Source: Myxococcota bacterium | GTDB taxonomy: Bacteria; Myxococcota_A; UBA9160; UBA6930 | Reading direction: 5' to 3' | DNA length: 64,000 nt | Assembly (NCBI GenBank): GCA_965223415.1 | Contig: OZ245002.1 | Location: 5,000,757 to 5,064,756, forward strand | Notes under the pieces: generated by a model | Database searches by the model: none | The model's input: the letters and a program-made list of their open reading frames with translations, nothing else | Told to the model about the DNA's origin: nothing | Made by a program: the position numbers and the translations under genes | Shown: piece after piece, positions 27,062 through 38,818 of the stretch | Position numbering within the stretch: position 1 is the stretch's first letter | How the letters are laid out: each line of letters begins with the position of its first letter

Positions 27062-28342
27062 TCAGCTCATGAGATGCAGAACGTGCCCGAGCTTCTCCTT
27101 CTTCGTACGCAGGTACTCGAAGTTCTTCTCGTTGGGCTCGATCTCGAGGGGCACCCGCTCGACGATCGCGAGCTGGTAGCCCTCGATGCCGGCGCGCTTG
27201 CCCGGGTTGTTGGTGATGATGCGCATCTTGCGCACCCCGAGGTCGTGCAGGATCTGGGCGCCCACGCCGTAGTCGCGCAGGTCGGCGGCGAAGCCGAGGC
27301 GCTCGTTGGCCTGGACCGTGTCGAGGCCCTCCGAGTCCTGCAGGCCGTAGGCCTTGATCTTGTTCTTGAGCCCGATCCCGCGCCCTTCCTGGCGCATGTA
27401 GAGGATCACGCCCTGGCCCTCGTTCTCGATCATCTTCATGGCGGCTTCCAGCTGCTCGCCGCAATCGCAGCGCAGGGAGCCGAAGGCGTCGCCGGTCAGG
27501 CACTCGCTGTGCACCCGGACCAGGATCTCGTCGTCCTCGCGGATCTCGCCCTTCACGAGGGCGATGTGGTCGACGTGATCGATGTCGTTCTCGTAGACGA
27601 CGGCCCGGAAGTCGCCGCCGCCCACGGTCGGCAGCACGCACTCGCCGGCCCCGCGCACCAGCTTCTCGTTGCGCAGGCGGTACTCGATCAGGTCCGCGAC
27701 CGTGACGATCTTGAGATCGTGCTGTCGGGCGAAGGTGACCAGGTCCGGCATCCGGGCCATGGTGCCGTCGTCGTTCATGATCTCGCAGATCACGCCCGCC
27801 GGCTTCATGCCGGCCAGGCGGGCGAGATCAACGGAGCCCTCGGTCTGGCCGGCCCGGCGCAGGACGCCGCCGTCGCGGGCCCGCAGGGGAAAGATGTGGC
27901 CGGGCCGCACGATGTCCCGGGGCCGGGCGTCCTCGGCGATGGCCGTGGCGATGGTGTGAGCGCGATCGAAGGCCGAGATGCCCGTGGTCACGCCCTCGCG
28001 GGCCTCGATGGACACGGTGAAGGCCGTGCCGAAGCCGGACGAGTTCTCCGCGTCCGGCACCATCATCGTCAGGTTCAGCCGGTCGAGCTGCTCCTCGGTC
28101 ATCGGCAGGCAGATCAGGCCACGGCCGAACTTCGCCATGAAGTTGATCGCGTCGGGCGTGACGGCCTCGGCTGCCATGCACAGATCGCCTTCGTTCTCCC
28201 GGTCCTCGTCGTCGACGAGGATCACCATGCGGCCGGCGCGGATCTCCTCGATGGCCGTGTCGACGGCGACGATGACGTCGCTCGCGTCCACCGGCAGGCG
28301 CGTGGGTTCAGCCGGGTCGGGCTGCGATCGGGGGTCGCTCAT
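27062..28342 (-). CDS. ribBA: bifunctional 3,4-dihydroxy-2-butanone-4-phosphate synthase / GTP cyclohydrolase II
   Basis: An internal ATG at 28342 gives MSDPRSQ...[16 protein letters not shown] (DHBP synthase). The C-terminal half contains [21 protein letters not shown] (GCH II zinc site). Confidence 0.95.
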   Translation of the reverse strand: MSDPRSQPDPAEPTRLPVDASDVIVAVDTAIEEIRAGRMVILVDDEDRENEGDLCMAAEAVTPDAINFMAKFGRGLICLPMTEEQLDRLNLTMMVPDAENSSGFGTAFTVSIEAREGVTTGISAFDRAHTIATAIAEDARPRDIVRPGHIFPLRARDGGVLRRAGQTEGSVDLARLAGMKPAGVICEIMNDDGTMARMPDLVTFARQHDLKIVTVADLIEYRLRNEKLVRGAGECVLPTVGGGDFRAVVYENDIDHVDHIALVKGEIREDDEILVRVHSECLTGDAFGSLRCDCGEQLEAAMKMIENEGQGVILYMRQEGRGIGLKNKIKAYGLQDSEGLDTVQANERLGFAADLRDYGVGAQILHDLGVRKMRIITNNPGKRAGIEGYQLAIVERVPLEIEPNEKNFEYLRTKKEKLGHVLHLMS

Positions 28343-28430
28343 CGTTCCTCTCCGTACGGACCGCGAGGGTGGCACGGTTCCGTCGGGCGCGCGGCGGCCG
28401 GAGCTGGCGTTGGGGGGCAACTTGCTGAGC

Positions 28431-28459
28431 ACCCTATCAGCAGTTGACTCTCGTGTCAA
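28431..28459 (-). promoter_or_regulatory. candidate sigma70-type promoter for ribBA
   Basis: Minus strand reads TTGACA (28459-28454), a 17-nt spacer, then TAGGGT (28436-28431). It lies about 90 nt upstream of the ribBA ATG. The -35 is embedded in the palindrome TTGAC-tctcgt-GTCAA (28444-28459). Confidence 0.4.
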
Positions 28460-28680
28460 TCGCGGGAATTTCGCAAGTGCTGGTTCCCAAAGGGGTTTCG
28501 GCGCCTCAGCCTGACCGCAGGTCAGGCGGCGACCGGTCCTCGTTCGCTTCGCCCTGGCGCCGGGGACGGCCATCAACGAGGGCGCGCTCGGCTACCACCT
28601 GCGCGAAGGCGAGCACGACCTCACGAGCTGGGACTGGGAGCGCTTCCTCGACTGGGCGGACCGGGCGCTCCCGGGCGCAC

Positions 28681-29328
28681 CTACTGGAGGTTCTTGAGCA
28701 CGCCCTTCAGGAAGTCGTCCTCGGAGACGGCGAACTTCTCGTGGAAGGCGTGACGCGCGTCGAGGAAGCGGTAGACCCGGCGCAGCAGCTCGCGGAAGGT
28801 CTCCACCACGCCTTCGCCGCGCATGGCCACCGCGGGGAAGGTCGGGATGTCGCCCCAGGCGCTGCGGATCTCCTCGAGGTCCTTCACGTCCGGGAGGTCG
28901 CGCTTGTTGAACTGCACGACCTTCGGAATGGCGTCGAAGTCGATGCCGTTCGACTTCAGGTTCGCCTCCATGTCGCGCCAGCTGTAGGCGTTGGCGCCGG
29001 CGGAGGAGCGCTGGGAATCGGCGACGAAGACCACGCCGTCGGCACCGGCCAGCACGACCTTGCGAGTCGACTTGTGCATCACCTGGCCCGGCACGGTGAA
29101 GAGCTTCAGCTTCATGGTGAAGCCGCCGGAGGTGCCGAAGGAGACCGGCAGGAAGTCGAAGTAGAGGGTGCGGTCGTCGGCCGTGTCGAGGGTGACCATC
29201 TTGCCGCGGGTCTCGGGGTCGAGCAGCTCGTGGAGCTTCTGCAGGTTCGTGGTCTTGCCCGAGAGCGCCGGCCCGTAGTAGACGAGCTTCAGCACGATCT
29301 CACGGCCCGCCATGTTGATCTGCACCAT
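28681..29328 (-). CDS. mglA: MglA-type Ras-like small GTPase
   Basis: An internal ATG at 29328 gives [30 protein letters not shown]...[10 protein letters not shown]...TVPGQV...[12 protein letters not shown]...QFNKRDLP. By eye this is collinear with M. xanthus MglA motifs. It carries an extra ~25-aa C-terminal tail. Confidence 0.85.
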   Translation of the reverse strand: MVQINMAGREIVLKLVYYGPALSGKTTNLQKLHELLDPETRGKMVTLDTADDRTLYFDFLPVSFGTSGGFTMKLKLFTVPGQVMHKSTRKVVLAGADGVVFVADSQRSSAGANAYSWRDMEANLKSNGIDFDAIPKVVQFNKRDLPDVKDLEEIRSAWGDIPTFPAVAMRGEGVVETFRELLRRVYRFLDARHAFHEKFAVSEDDFLKGVLKNLQ

Positions 29329-29425
29329 CGGCCACGCTCCGCCCGGGCCTGGGGCCCGTGATGCCGGTCTCATCGGCAGGAAGCGGTCGGAAATGAAGGT
29401 GGCAGCCGGGGAAACGGCCTGCGGG

Positions 29426-30399
29426 TCAATCCCCGCGGAAGGCCCTCAGCAGGGCTCGGGCCCCGGCGGCCGGCGTGGCTCGTTGCGCCTCGACCTCGGC
29501 CTCCCAGCGGCGGACTTCCGCGGCGACGGCCGGGTGGGCGCGGAAGGCCTGGGCCAAGCCCTCCTCCACCAGGGTCCACATCCATTGGCGGGCCTGGGCG
29601 CGGCGACGGGCCTCGAGCTCGCCGCTGGCCTCGAGAGCCCGGCGGTGGCCCTGGACGGTCTCCCAGACCTCCGGGAGCCCCACCCGCTCGAGCGAGCTCA
29701 CCGAGAGGACCCGCGGGCTCCAGCCGGGGGTGGTCGGCCGCAGGAGCTGGAGGGCTCCTTCGTGCTCGCCGCGGGTGCGTTCGGCGATGGCCTTCTGCTC
29801 GCCGTCGGCCTTGTTCACGATCAGAGCGTCGGCCAGCTCGAGGGCGCCCTTCTTGATGCCCTGGAGCTCGTCGCCGGAGCCGGGCTGGAGCAGCACGAGG
29901 AAGGTGTCGACCAGGGAGCGCACCGCCACCTCCGACTGGCCGATCCCCACGGTCTCGACGATCACCACGTCGAAGCCTGCGGCCTCGCACAGAAGCAGCG
30001 CCTCCCGCGTGCGGTGGGCGACGCCGCCCAGGGCGCCGCCGGAGGGCGAGGGGCGGATGAAGGCGCGCTCGTCGCTGGCGAGCTGCTCCATGCGCGTCTT
30101 GTCGCCGAGAATGCTGCCGCCGGTCACCGGGCTCGAGGGGTCGACCGCCAGCACGGCCACCCGGTGCCCCTCGGCGAGCAGGTGGAGGCCGAAGCTCTCG
30201 ATGAAGGTGCTCTTGCCGACGCCGGGCGGGCCGGTGATGCCGATCCGCACGGCGCCGCCGGTCTCCCCGACCAGCGCCTCGAGGATCTCCTGGGCCTGGG
30301 CCTGGTGGTCCTCGCGGGTGCTCTCGATCCAGGTGATGGCGCGGGCCAGGCTGCGGCGATCGCCCCGACGGATGGCGGCGGCGTGCTCCCGGGCGGAGG

Positions 30400-30403
<4 letters not shown>
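29426..30403 (-). CDS. meaB: methylmalonyl-CoA mutase-associated G-protein chaperone MeaB/ArgK
   Basis: This is the C-terminal 325 aa of ORF 29426..32515. The GTG start overlaps the mutase stop (GTGA at 30400-30403). Motifs are [35 protein letters not shown] and NKAD. Confidence 0.9.
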
Positions 30404-32532
<2,129 letters not shown>

Positions 32533-32604
32533 CTCCGCTCCTTCCGCCGCCCGCGCTTCGAGCCCCGTGGGGTCTCCGACGCGGCGGCCAGACGTTAGCC
32601 CCTG

Positions 32605-35600
32605 TCACATGGAGCGCCGGTAGCGCCCCCCGACCTGGAACAGCGCGTCCGAGATCTGTCCCAGGCTCGCCACCTGCACGGTCTCCATCAGCTCCCGGAA
32701 GAGGTTCCCGCCGCTTCGGGCCGTCTCCTGGAGCCGGGCAAGGGCCGGCGCGCAGGCCTCCCGGTGCCGGGCGTGGAACTCCGCCAGCCCCTCGATCTGG
32801 GCCCGCTTCTCCGCCTCGCTCGCGCGCATCAGCGCCACCGGCTGCTGCGCCTCCTCCGGCTCCGGGTTCAGGAAGGTGTTCACGCCCACGATGGGCAGCT
32901 CGCCCGAGTGCTTCAGGGATTCGTAGTGCAGGCTCTCGTCCTGGATCTTGCCGCGCTGGTAGTGGGTCTCCATCGCGCCGAGCACGCCGCCCCGCTGGGA
33001 CAGGCGCTCGAATTCCTGGAGCACCGCCTCCTCCACCGCGTCGGTGAGCCACTCGCTGAAGTAGGAGCCCTGCAGACCGTTCTCGTTCTTGGCCGCGCCG
33101 AGCTCCCGATTGATCACGAGCTGGATCGCGAGGGCGCGCCGCACCGATTCGGGCGTGGGCGTCGTGACCGCCTCGTCGTAGGCGTTCGTGTGCAGGCTGT
33201 TGCAGTGGTCCTGGATCGCGGTGAGCGCTTGGAGCGTGGTGCGGATGTCGTTGAAGGCCATCTCCTGGGCGTGCAGCGACCGGCCCGAGGTCTGGATGTG
33301 GTACTTGAGCTTCTGGCTGCGTTCGTCGGCGCCGTAGAGATCGCGCATCGCGATCGCCCAGATCCTCCGGGCCACCCGGCCGATCACGTTGTACTCCGCG
33401 TCGAGGCCGTTGCTGAAGAAGAAGGAGAAGTTCGGCGCGAACTCGTCCACGGCCATGCCGCGGGCCCGGTAGGCCTCCACGTAGGTGAAGCCATTGGCCA
33501 GGGTGAAGGCCAGCTGCGTAATCGGGTTCGCTCCCGCCTCGGCGATGTGGTAGCCGGAGATCGAGACCGAGTAGAAGTTTCGCACCTGCTCGTCGACGAA
33601 GAACTGCTGGATGTCGCCCATCACCTTGAGGGCGAAGGCGGTGGAGAAGATGCAGGTGTTCTGGGCCTGGTCCTCCTTGAGGATGTCGGCCTGCACCGTG
33701 CCGCGGACCGTGCGCAGGACGTCGCCGCGGATGCGCGCGTAGGTCTCCGCGTCGACGGCCTCGCGGCCGGTGATCCCGAGCAGGCCGAGACCGAGGCCTT
33801 CGTGGCCCGGCGGCAGCTCGGCGCGATAGGCCGGGAGCGCGTCGCCGCCCTGGCGCTCGCGCACCGCCTCGAGCTGGCCCGTCTCGCGCAGGTGCTTCTC
33901 CACCCCCTGGTCGACGGCGGCATTCAGGAAGAGCGCCAGCACCATCGGCGCCGGGCCGTTGATCGTCATCGACACCGAGGTCGACGGATCGCACAGGTCG
34001 AATCCGGAGTAGAGGCGCTTGGCGTCGTCGAGGGTGCACACGGAGACGCCGCTGGTGCCGATCTTGCCGTAGACGTCGGGACGTTCGGCGGGGTCACGCC
34101 CGTAGAGGGTGACGCTGTCGAAGGCGGTGGAGAGGCGGGTGGCCGGCTGCCCCTCGGAGACCAGGTGGAAGCGCCGGTTGGTGCGCTCCGGCCCGCCCTC
34201 CCCCGCGAACATGCGCGCCGGATCCTCCTCGGCGCGCTTGAACGGGAACACACCGCTGGTGAAGGGAAAGTGGCCGGGCAGGTTCTCCTGGCGCAGGTAG
34301 CGGGTGAGCTCGCCCCAGTCGCCCCCGCGTGGCACGGCGACCCGCGGGAGCTTCGTGCCGGAGAGGGTTTCGGCCCGGTTCTCGACGTGGACCTTTCGGC
34401 CGCGCACCTCGTAGGACTGGCTGTCCGCTTCGTAGCGGGTGCGCGTCTCCGACCACGCCTCCAGGGCCTCCCGGAGGGCCGGGTCGAGGGCGTCGCGGCG
34501 GGCGGCGTGCTCGGCGGCCACGACCTCGCGGGCGGTACCGGCCTCGGCGGGGAGCGCGTCTTCGGCGAGGGCGAGGGCCTGGGCGCTCCGGGCCTCCCCG
34601 GCCAGCGCCTCGGTGCGGTCCCGATAGCTCCGCACGCAGCCCGCGATCTCCTCCAGGTACCGCTCGCGGCCCGCGGGCACGAGCGGCGGCGGCTCGGCGA
34701 TGCCCTTCGCCTCGCGCTCGGCCGGCCGCGCCAGCGCCGAGGCCCCATCGGCCACGAGCCGCTCGCGCAGCCGCTCGAACACGACGTCGACGCCCGGGTC
34801 GTCCCACTGGCTGGCCACGGTCGCGACCACCGGAACCGCCTCGTCGTCGGCGTCGAAGACGGTGTGGTTGCGGCGCCACTGCTTGCGGACGTCGCGCAGG
34901 GCGTCGAGGGCGCCGCGGCGGTCGGTCTTGTTCAGCACGACGAGATCGGCGAGCTCGAGCATGTCGATCTTCTCGAGCTGGGACGGCGCGCCGTACTCGG
35001 GTGTCATCACGTAGACCGAAGTGTCCGCCAGGTCGACGATCTCCGAGTCGCTCTGGCCGATGCCGGCGGTCTCGATCAAGACGAGGTCGAAGTCCGCGGC
35101 CTGGAGCACCTGCACCGCGTCCCGGATCGCCCGGGAGAGCGCCAGGTGGGCCTGACGGGTCGCGAGGGAGCGCACGTAGACGGTCTCGCCCTGGATCGCA
35201 TTCATGCGGATCCGATCGCCCAGGAGGGCGCCGCCGCTGCGGCGCCGCGAGGGGTCGACCAGCAGCAGGCCGATGCGCAGCGCGGGGAAGCCCAGCCGGA
35301 AGCGCCGGACCAGCTCGTCCACGACGCTCGACTTGCCGGCGCCGCCGGTCCCGGTGAAGCCGACGACCGGCGCCGGCGCCCGACCGCGCCGGCTCGCGAG
35401 GAGCGCGCGGGCCTCCGCGGCCTCTCCGTCCTCCGACGGTAGGAGGGACTCCAGCCAGGAGATCACCCGCGCGACGCTGCCGGGCCGATCGGCGGCGAGC
35501 TCGCGGAGGGCGTCGCCGAGGGGCGGTGCCGGAAGCGCGCGGCACTCGTCCACGATCGTGCGGATCATGCCCTCGAGCCCCAGGCTGCGCCCGTCCTCCG

Positions 35601-35982
35601 GACTGAAGATCCGGGCCACCCCGTGGGCGTGGAGGGTCTCGATCTCCTCCGGCACGATCGTGCCCCCGCCGCCGCCATACACGCGGATGTGTCCCGCGCC
35701 GCGGCTCGCCAGCTCGTCCACCAGGTAGCGGAAGAACTCCATGTGCCCGCCCTGGTAGGAGGAGATCGCCACCGCGTGGGCGTCCTCCTCGATCGCCGCC
35801 TCGACGATCTCCGCGACGGAGCGGTCGTGACCCAAGTGGATCACCTCGGCGCCCTGGGACTGCAGGATGCGCCGCATGATGTTGATGGCCGCATCGTGGC
35901 CGTCGAAGAGCGAGGCGGCGGTGACGATCCGGATGCGCTCGGGCGCCGGCTGGATCGGTGTGACTTCGGCAGTGGCGGTCAT
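32605..35982 (-). CDS. icmF: fused isobutyryl-CoA mutase (B12 domain / MeaB-like GTPase / mutase barrel)
   Basis: 1125 aa. N-terminal B12 domain LFDGHDAAINIM. GTPase domain GFTGTGGAGKSS, ETAGIGQSD, NKTD. Mutase barrel with RMFAGEGGPERTNRRFH (Phe at the ICM-type position). Confidence 0.9.
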   Translation of the reverse strand: MTATAEVTPIQPAPERIRIVTAASLFDGHDAAINIMRRILQSQGAEVIHLGHDRSVAEIVEAAIEEDAHAVAISSYQGGHMEFFRYLVDELASRGAGHIRVYGGGGGTIVPEEIETLHAHGVARIFSPEDGRSLGLEGMIRTIVDECRALPAPPLGDALRELAADRPGSVARVISWLESLLPSEDGEAAEARALLASRRGRAPAPVVGFTGTGGAGKSSVVDELVRRFRLGFPALRIGLLLVDPSRRRSGGALLGDRIRMNAIQGETVYVRSLATRQAHLALSRAIRDAVQVLQAADFDLVLIETAGIGQSDSEIVDLADTSVYVMTPEYGAPSQLEKIDMLELADLVVLNKTDRRGALDALRDVRKQWRRNHTVFDADDEAVPVVATVASQWDDPGVDVVFERLRERLVADGASALARPAEREAKGIAEPPPLVPAGRERYLEEIAGCVRSYRDRTEALAGEARSAQALALAEDALPAEAGTAREVVAAEHAARRDALDPALREALEAWSETRTRYEADSQSYEVRGRKVHVENRAETLSGTKLPRVAVPRGGDWGELTRYLRQENLPGHFPFTSGVFPFKRAEEDPARMFAGEGGPERTNRRFHLVSEGQPATRLSTAFDSVTLYGRDPAERPDVYGKIGTSGVSVCTLDDAKRLYSGFDLCDPSTSVSMTINGPAPMVLALFLNAAVDQGVEKHLRETGQLEAVRERQGGDALPAYRAELPPGHEGLGLGLLGITGREAVDAETYARIRGDVLRTVRGTVQADILKEDQAQNTCIFSTAFALKVMGDIQQFFVDEQVRNFYSVSISGYHIAEAGANPITQLAFTLANGFTYVEAYRARGMAVDEFAPNFSFFFSNGLDAEYNVIGRVARRIWAIAMRDLYGADERSQKLKYHIQTSGRSLHAQEMAFNDIRTTLQALTAIQDHCNSLHTNAYDEAVTTPTPESVRRALAIQLVINRELGAAKNENGLQGSYFSEWLTDAVEEAVLQEFERLSQRGGVLGAMETHYQRGKIQDESLHYESLKHSGELPIVGVNTFLNPEPEEAQQPVALMRASEAEKRAQIEGLAEFHARHREACAPALARLQETARSGGNLFRELMETVQVASLGQISDALFQVGGRYRRSM

Positions 35983-36383
35983 TCGGAGGCCTCCCGGCTC
36001 AGCGCCAGGGCGCGGGCCCCCACGTGGTCCCGGTACTTCTGGATGTCGTCGCGGAGCGCGCCGAGCTCGCGGATGCGCTCGTCGAGCTCGCCCAGGTGGC
36101 GGCCCAGCAGCTCGCCCAAGTGCTGGAGCATGGCCGCGGTGGACCCCTCGATGGCGTAGACCGCGTTCAGCTCACCGATCTCGGCGAGGCTGAGACCGAG
36201 GGCCTTGAGCCGCTGGATGAAGCGCAGGCGCTGGAGCTCGTCGTCGCCGTACACCCGTCGCGCCCCGGCGCGGCGGCGCACGCCGGGAAGCAGGCCGAGC
36301 TCCTCCCAGTAGCGGACCGTGCGCGGAGAGAGGCCGGTGGCTCGGCAGACCTCACCGATCGAGTGCAGGTGCTCCTCGGGCAT
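35979..36383 (-). CDS. MerR-family transcriptional regulator, coupled to icmF
   Basis: From the ATG at 36383: MPEEHLHSIGEVCRATGLSPRTVRYWEELGLL (MerR HTH), followed by a coiled-coil dimerisation helix. The stop overlaps the icmF ATG (ATGA at 35979-35982). The listed TTG start at 36425 would lie inside the operator. Confidence 0.8.
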   Translation of the reverse strand: MPEEHLHSIGEVCRATGLSPRTVRYWEELGLLPGVRRRAGARRVYGDDELQRLRFIQRLKALGLSLAEIGELNAVYAIEGSTAAMLQHLGELLGRHLGELDERIRELGALRDDIQKYRDHVGARALALSREASE

Positions 36384-36400
36384 GGGATCCCATCGGCTTG

Positions 36401-36432
36401 TTTGCCAGTTGACGTGAGCTGGCAAATATAGC
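36401..36432 (+). promoter_or_regulatory. MerR-type promoter/operator with 19-bp spacer, facing the aldo/keto reductase
   Basis: -35 TTGCCA at 36402-36407, a 19-nt spacer, then -10 TATAGC at 36427-36432. The spacer is framed by the perfect 8-bp inverted repeat TTTGCCAG (36401-36408) / CTGGCAAA (36419-36426). It lies 55 nt upstream of the ATG at 36487 and divergent from the merR gene. Confidence 0.5.
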
Positions 36433-36486
36433 GGACTGACTGCCAGTCACCAGCCCTCCTCGGCCTTCCTGTGCTACTCGCCCGGA

Positions 36487-37520
36487 ATGCTCCAAGCGGT
36501 CCAACTCGGCAGGAACAGCGGGCTGCGCGTATCGCGGCTCTGCCTCGGCACCATGAACTTCGGGGAGCCCGGTCGCGGCCACCAGGGCGACTGGACCCTG
36601 GGCCGCGAGCAGGTGAAGCCGATCTTCGAGGCCGCCATCGAGAAGGGCCTCTTCTACTTCGACTGCGCCGACTTCTACGGCGTGGGTGCCAGCGAGAAGG
36701 TGGTCGGCGGCCTGCTGAAGGAGCTCCTCCCCCGCGACGAGTACGTGCTCGCGACGAAGATCGCGATGCCCATGGGGACGGGTGCCAACCAGGGCGGCCT
36801 CTCGCGCAAGCACGTGATGGAGGGAGTCGAGCGCAGCCTCGAGCGCCTCGGTCACGACTACGTGGACCACCTGGTGATCCACCGCCATCCCCACACCATC
36901 CCCGGCCAGGTGCCGACGCCAATCGAGGAGACCCTGGAGGCCCTCCACGACGTGGTGAAGGCCGGCAAGGCCCTCTCTACCTGGGCGCGTCGTCGATGTT
37001 CGCCTGGCAGTTCGCCGAGCTCCAGCACACCGCCGAGCGCAACGGCTGGACCCGCTTCATCTCGATGCAGAACCACTACAACCTGATCTACCGCGAGGAA
37101 GAGCGGGAGATGAACCCCTACTGCCGGCGCACCGGCGTCGCGCTCACGCCGTGGTCGCCCCTGGCCCGGGGCATCCTGGCGGGCTCCTACCGTGGCGGCT
37201 TCGAGGGGGGAACCACCGAGCGGTCCAAGGGCGGGGATCGGCTCCGCACCCAGAGCCTCTACCGCGGGGAGCGGGACTTCGACATCGCCGAGCGGGTGAT
37301 CGAGGTGGCCCGGGAGCTCGGCCACACCCCCGCCCAGATCTCATTGGCCTGGCTGCTCGGCAAGAGCGAGGTGGTCGCGCCGATCATCGGCGTCTCGAAG
37401 GTCGAGCAGCTCGAACAGCTCGTCGCGGCCGCCGAGATCGAGCTCGACGCGGAGACCGTCGCCCGCCTCGAGGAGCTCTACCGGCCCGTCGAGAACCTGC
37501 TCTCGATCGGGATGTCCTAG
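36487..37520 (+). pseudogene. aldo/keto reductase interrupted by a frameshift near 36973-36978
   Basis: The N-terminal 160 aa (frame of ORF 36487..37086) run MLQAVQLGRNSGLRVSRLCLGTMNFG...LVIHRHP...VKAGKAL. The homologous continuation YLGASSMFAWQFAELQ...GVSKVEQLEQLV...ELYRP is in the frame of ORF 36471..37520. The switch occurs at ggc aag gcc CTCTCT acc. Confidence 0.75.
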
Positions 37521-37564
37521 AACGCCGGCAACGCAACAAACGGAACCGGCCCCTAACGCAACAG

Positions 37565-38800
37565 CTAGCGGCCGACGACGAAGCTGACGCTGGTCGTTCC
37601 GCTGCCGCCGATGTTCAGGGTCTGGAAGTTGGTCGCGCCCTCGACCTGGTAGTCGCCGGCCTGGCCGGTCACCTGGAGCGTGGCGTCCAGGAGCTGGCGC
37701 ACGCCGGTGGCGCCCACCGGATGGCCGGCACCGATGAGGCCGCCGCTCGGGTTGATCGGCGTCTTGCCGTCGATCTCCAGCCAGCCCTCCTCGACCGCCT
37801 TCCAGCTCTCGCCCGGCTCGGTGATCCCGAAGTGGTCGATGGCCATGTACTCGCTGGTGGTGAAGCAGTCGTGGGTCTCGATGCCGTCGATGCCGCTGAC
37901 GTCCGGGATGCCGGCGCGCTCCATCGCGCTCGTGATCGTGCTGCGCACGTGGGGCAGGACGTAACGGTTGTCGGAGCTCTCGGCGACCTTGTCGTCGAAG
38001 CGCAGGCGCGCCGTGTTGTGCCCCCAGCCCTTGATGCGCGGGATGTCCTCGAGCTTCTTGCCCATGCCCCGCGCGTACTTCTCCGCGTAGTCCCGGCTGG
38101 CCAGGAAGACGCACACCGCGCCGTCGGTCACCTGGGAGCAATCCGCGATGCGGATGCGCCCGCCCACCGCCGGGTTGTCGTCCGTGCGGCAGAGGGCGTG
38201 TTCCTTGTTCATGTACCAGGTGCGGGTCTGGGCGTTCGGGTTGAGCTTGGCGTTGTCGTAGTTGAGCCGGCTGATCTCGGCCAGGTGCTCGTCCTTCAGG
38301 CCGTAGCGCTTGTCGTACTCGTCACCCAGCCGGCCGAAGAGCTTCGGGAAGGGGAACTCGATGTCCTTCGCCTCTTCCTCGTACCAGGCCGCCGTGCCCA
38401 GGTAGGCACCGCCCTCGGAGGCGGAGACGGTCTTCATCTGCTCGATCCCGACCACGGCCTGAAGGTCGTAGCGGCCTGCCTCGATCTCCGCGGAGGCGGC
38501 GAGAAGCGCGATGCTGCCCGAGGCGCAGGCCGCCTCGTGGCGGCCGGTGGGAAGCCCGCTGAAGGCCGGGTGCACCTCGGTGAAGAAGGCGCCCAGGTGG
38601 CCCTGCATGCAGTAGAGCTCGGCGGCGAAGTTGCCGACGTGGGCGCTCTCGATCTCCTCGGGGGCGATCTCGACCTTCTCGAGGGCGCCCAGCACCGCCT
38701 CGCGCATCAGCGCCGAGAAGTGCTTGCTCTCCTTGGTCCAGTTGCGACCGAAGTCGGTCTGGTAGCCACCGAGCACGTAGACGTCCGAACCGGCTGCCAT
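37565..38800 (-). CDS. thiolase-family protein (SCP2/nonspecific-type 3-ketoacyl-CoA thiolase-like)
   Basis: 411 aa. The nucleophile region is [12 protein letters not shown], then [17 protein letters not shown]. The terminal NIGGSGTT lacks the second catalytic Cys of biosynthetic thiolases. Confidence 0.85.
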   Translation of the reverse strand: MAAGSDVYVLGGYQTDFGRNWTKESKHFSALMREAVLGALEKVEIAPEEIESAHVGNFAAELYCMQGHLGAFFTEVHPAFSGLPTGRHEAACASGSIALLAASAEIEAGRYDLQAVVGIEQMKTVSASEGGAYLGTAAWYEEEAKDIEFPFPKLFGRLGDEYDKRYGLKDEHLAEISRLNYDNAKLNPNAQTRTWYMNKEHALCRTDDNPAVGGRIRIADCSQVTDGAVCVFLASRDYAEKYARGMGKKLEDIPRIKGWGHNTARLRFDDKVAESSDNRYVLPHVRSTITSAMERAGIPDVSGIDGIETHDCFTTSEYMAIDHFGITEPGESWKAVEEGWLEIDGKTPINPSGGLIGAGHPVGATGVRQLLDATLQVTGQAGDYQVEGATNFQTLNIGGSGTTSVSFVVGR

Positions 38801-38818
38801 GGCAGTCTCCTTGATTCC

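Noticed and set aside
28343-28520. A possible FMN (RFN) riboswitch upstream of ribBA. GCGAAAUUCCCGC, CCGACGG and GUCCGUACGGAGAGGA resemble conserved RFN segments.
   Set aside because: The ACCGGCGGU and AGCCCGCG core segments are not evident. An 18-nt insertion separates GACGG from GUCCG. The best promoter would leave only about 90 nt of leader, and part of the similarity is simply the Shine-Dalgarno sequence. An Infernal search with RF00050 would settle it.
29329-29425. A terminator-like bulged hairpin (CAGGCCG-tttccc-CGGCTG) after meaB and before mglA.
   Set aside because: The stem is imperfect and has no clear U-tract. I cannot distinguish it from chance at this GC content.
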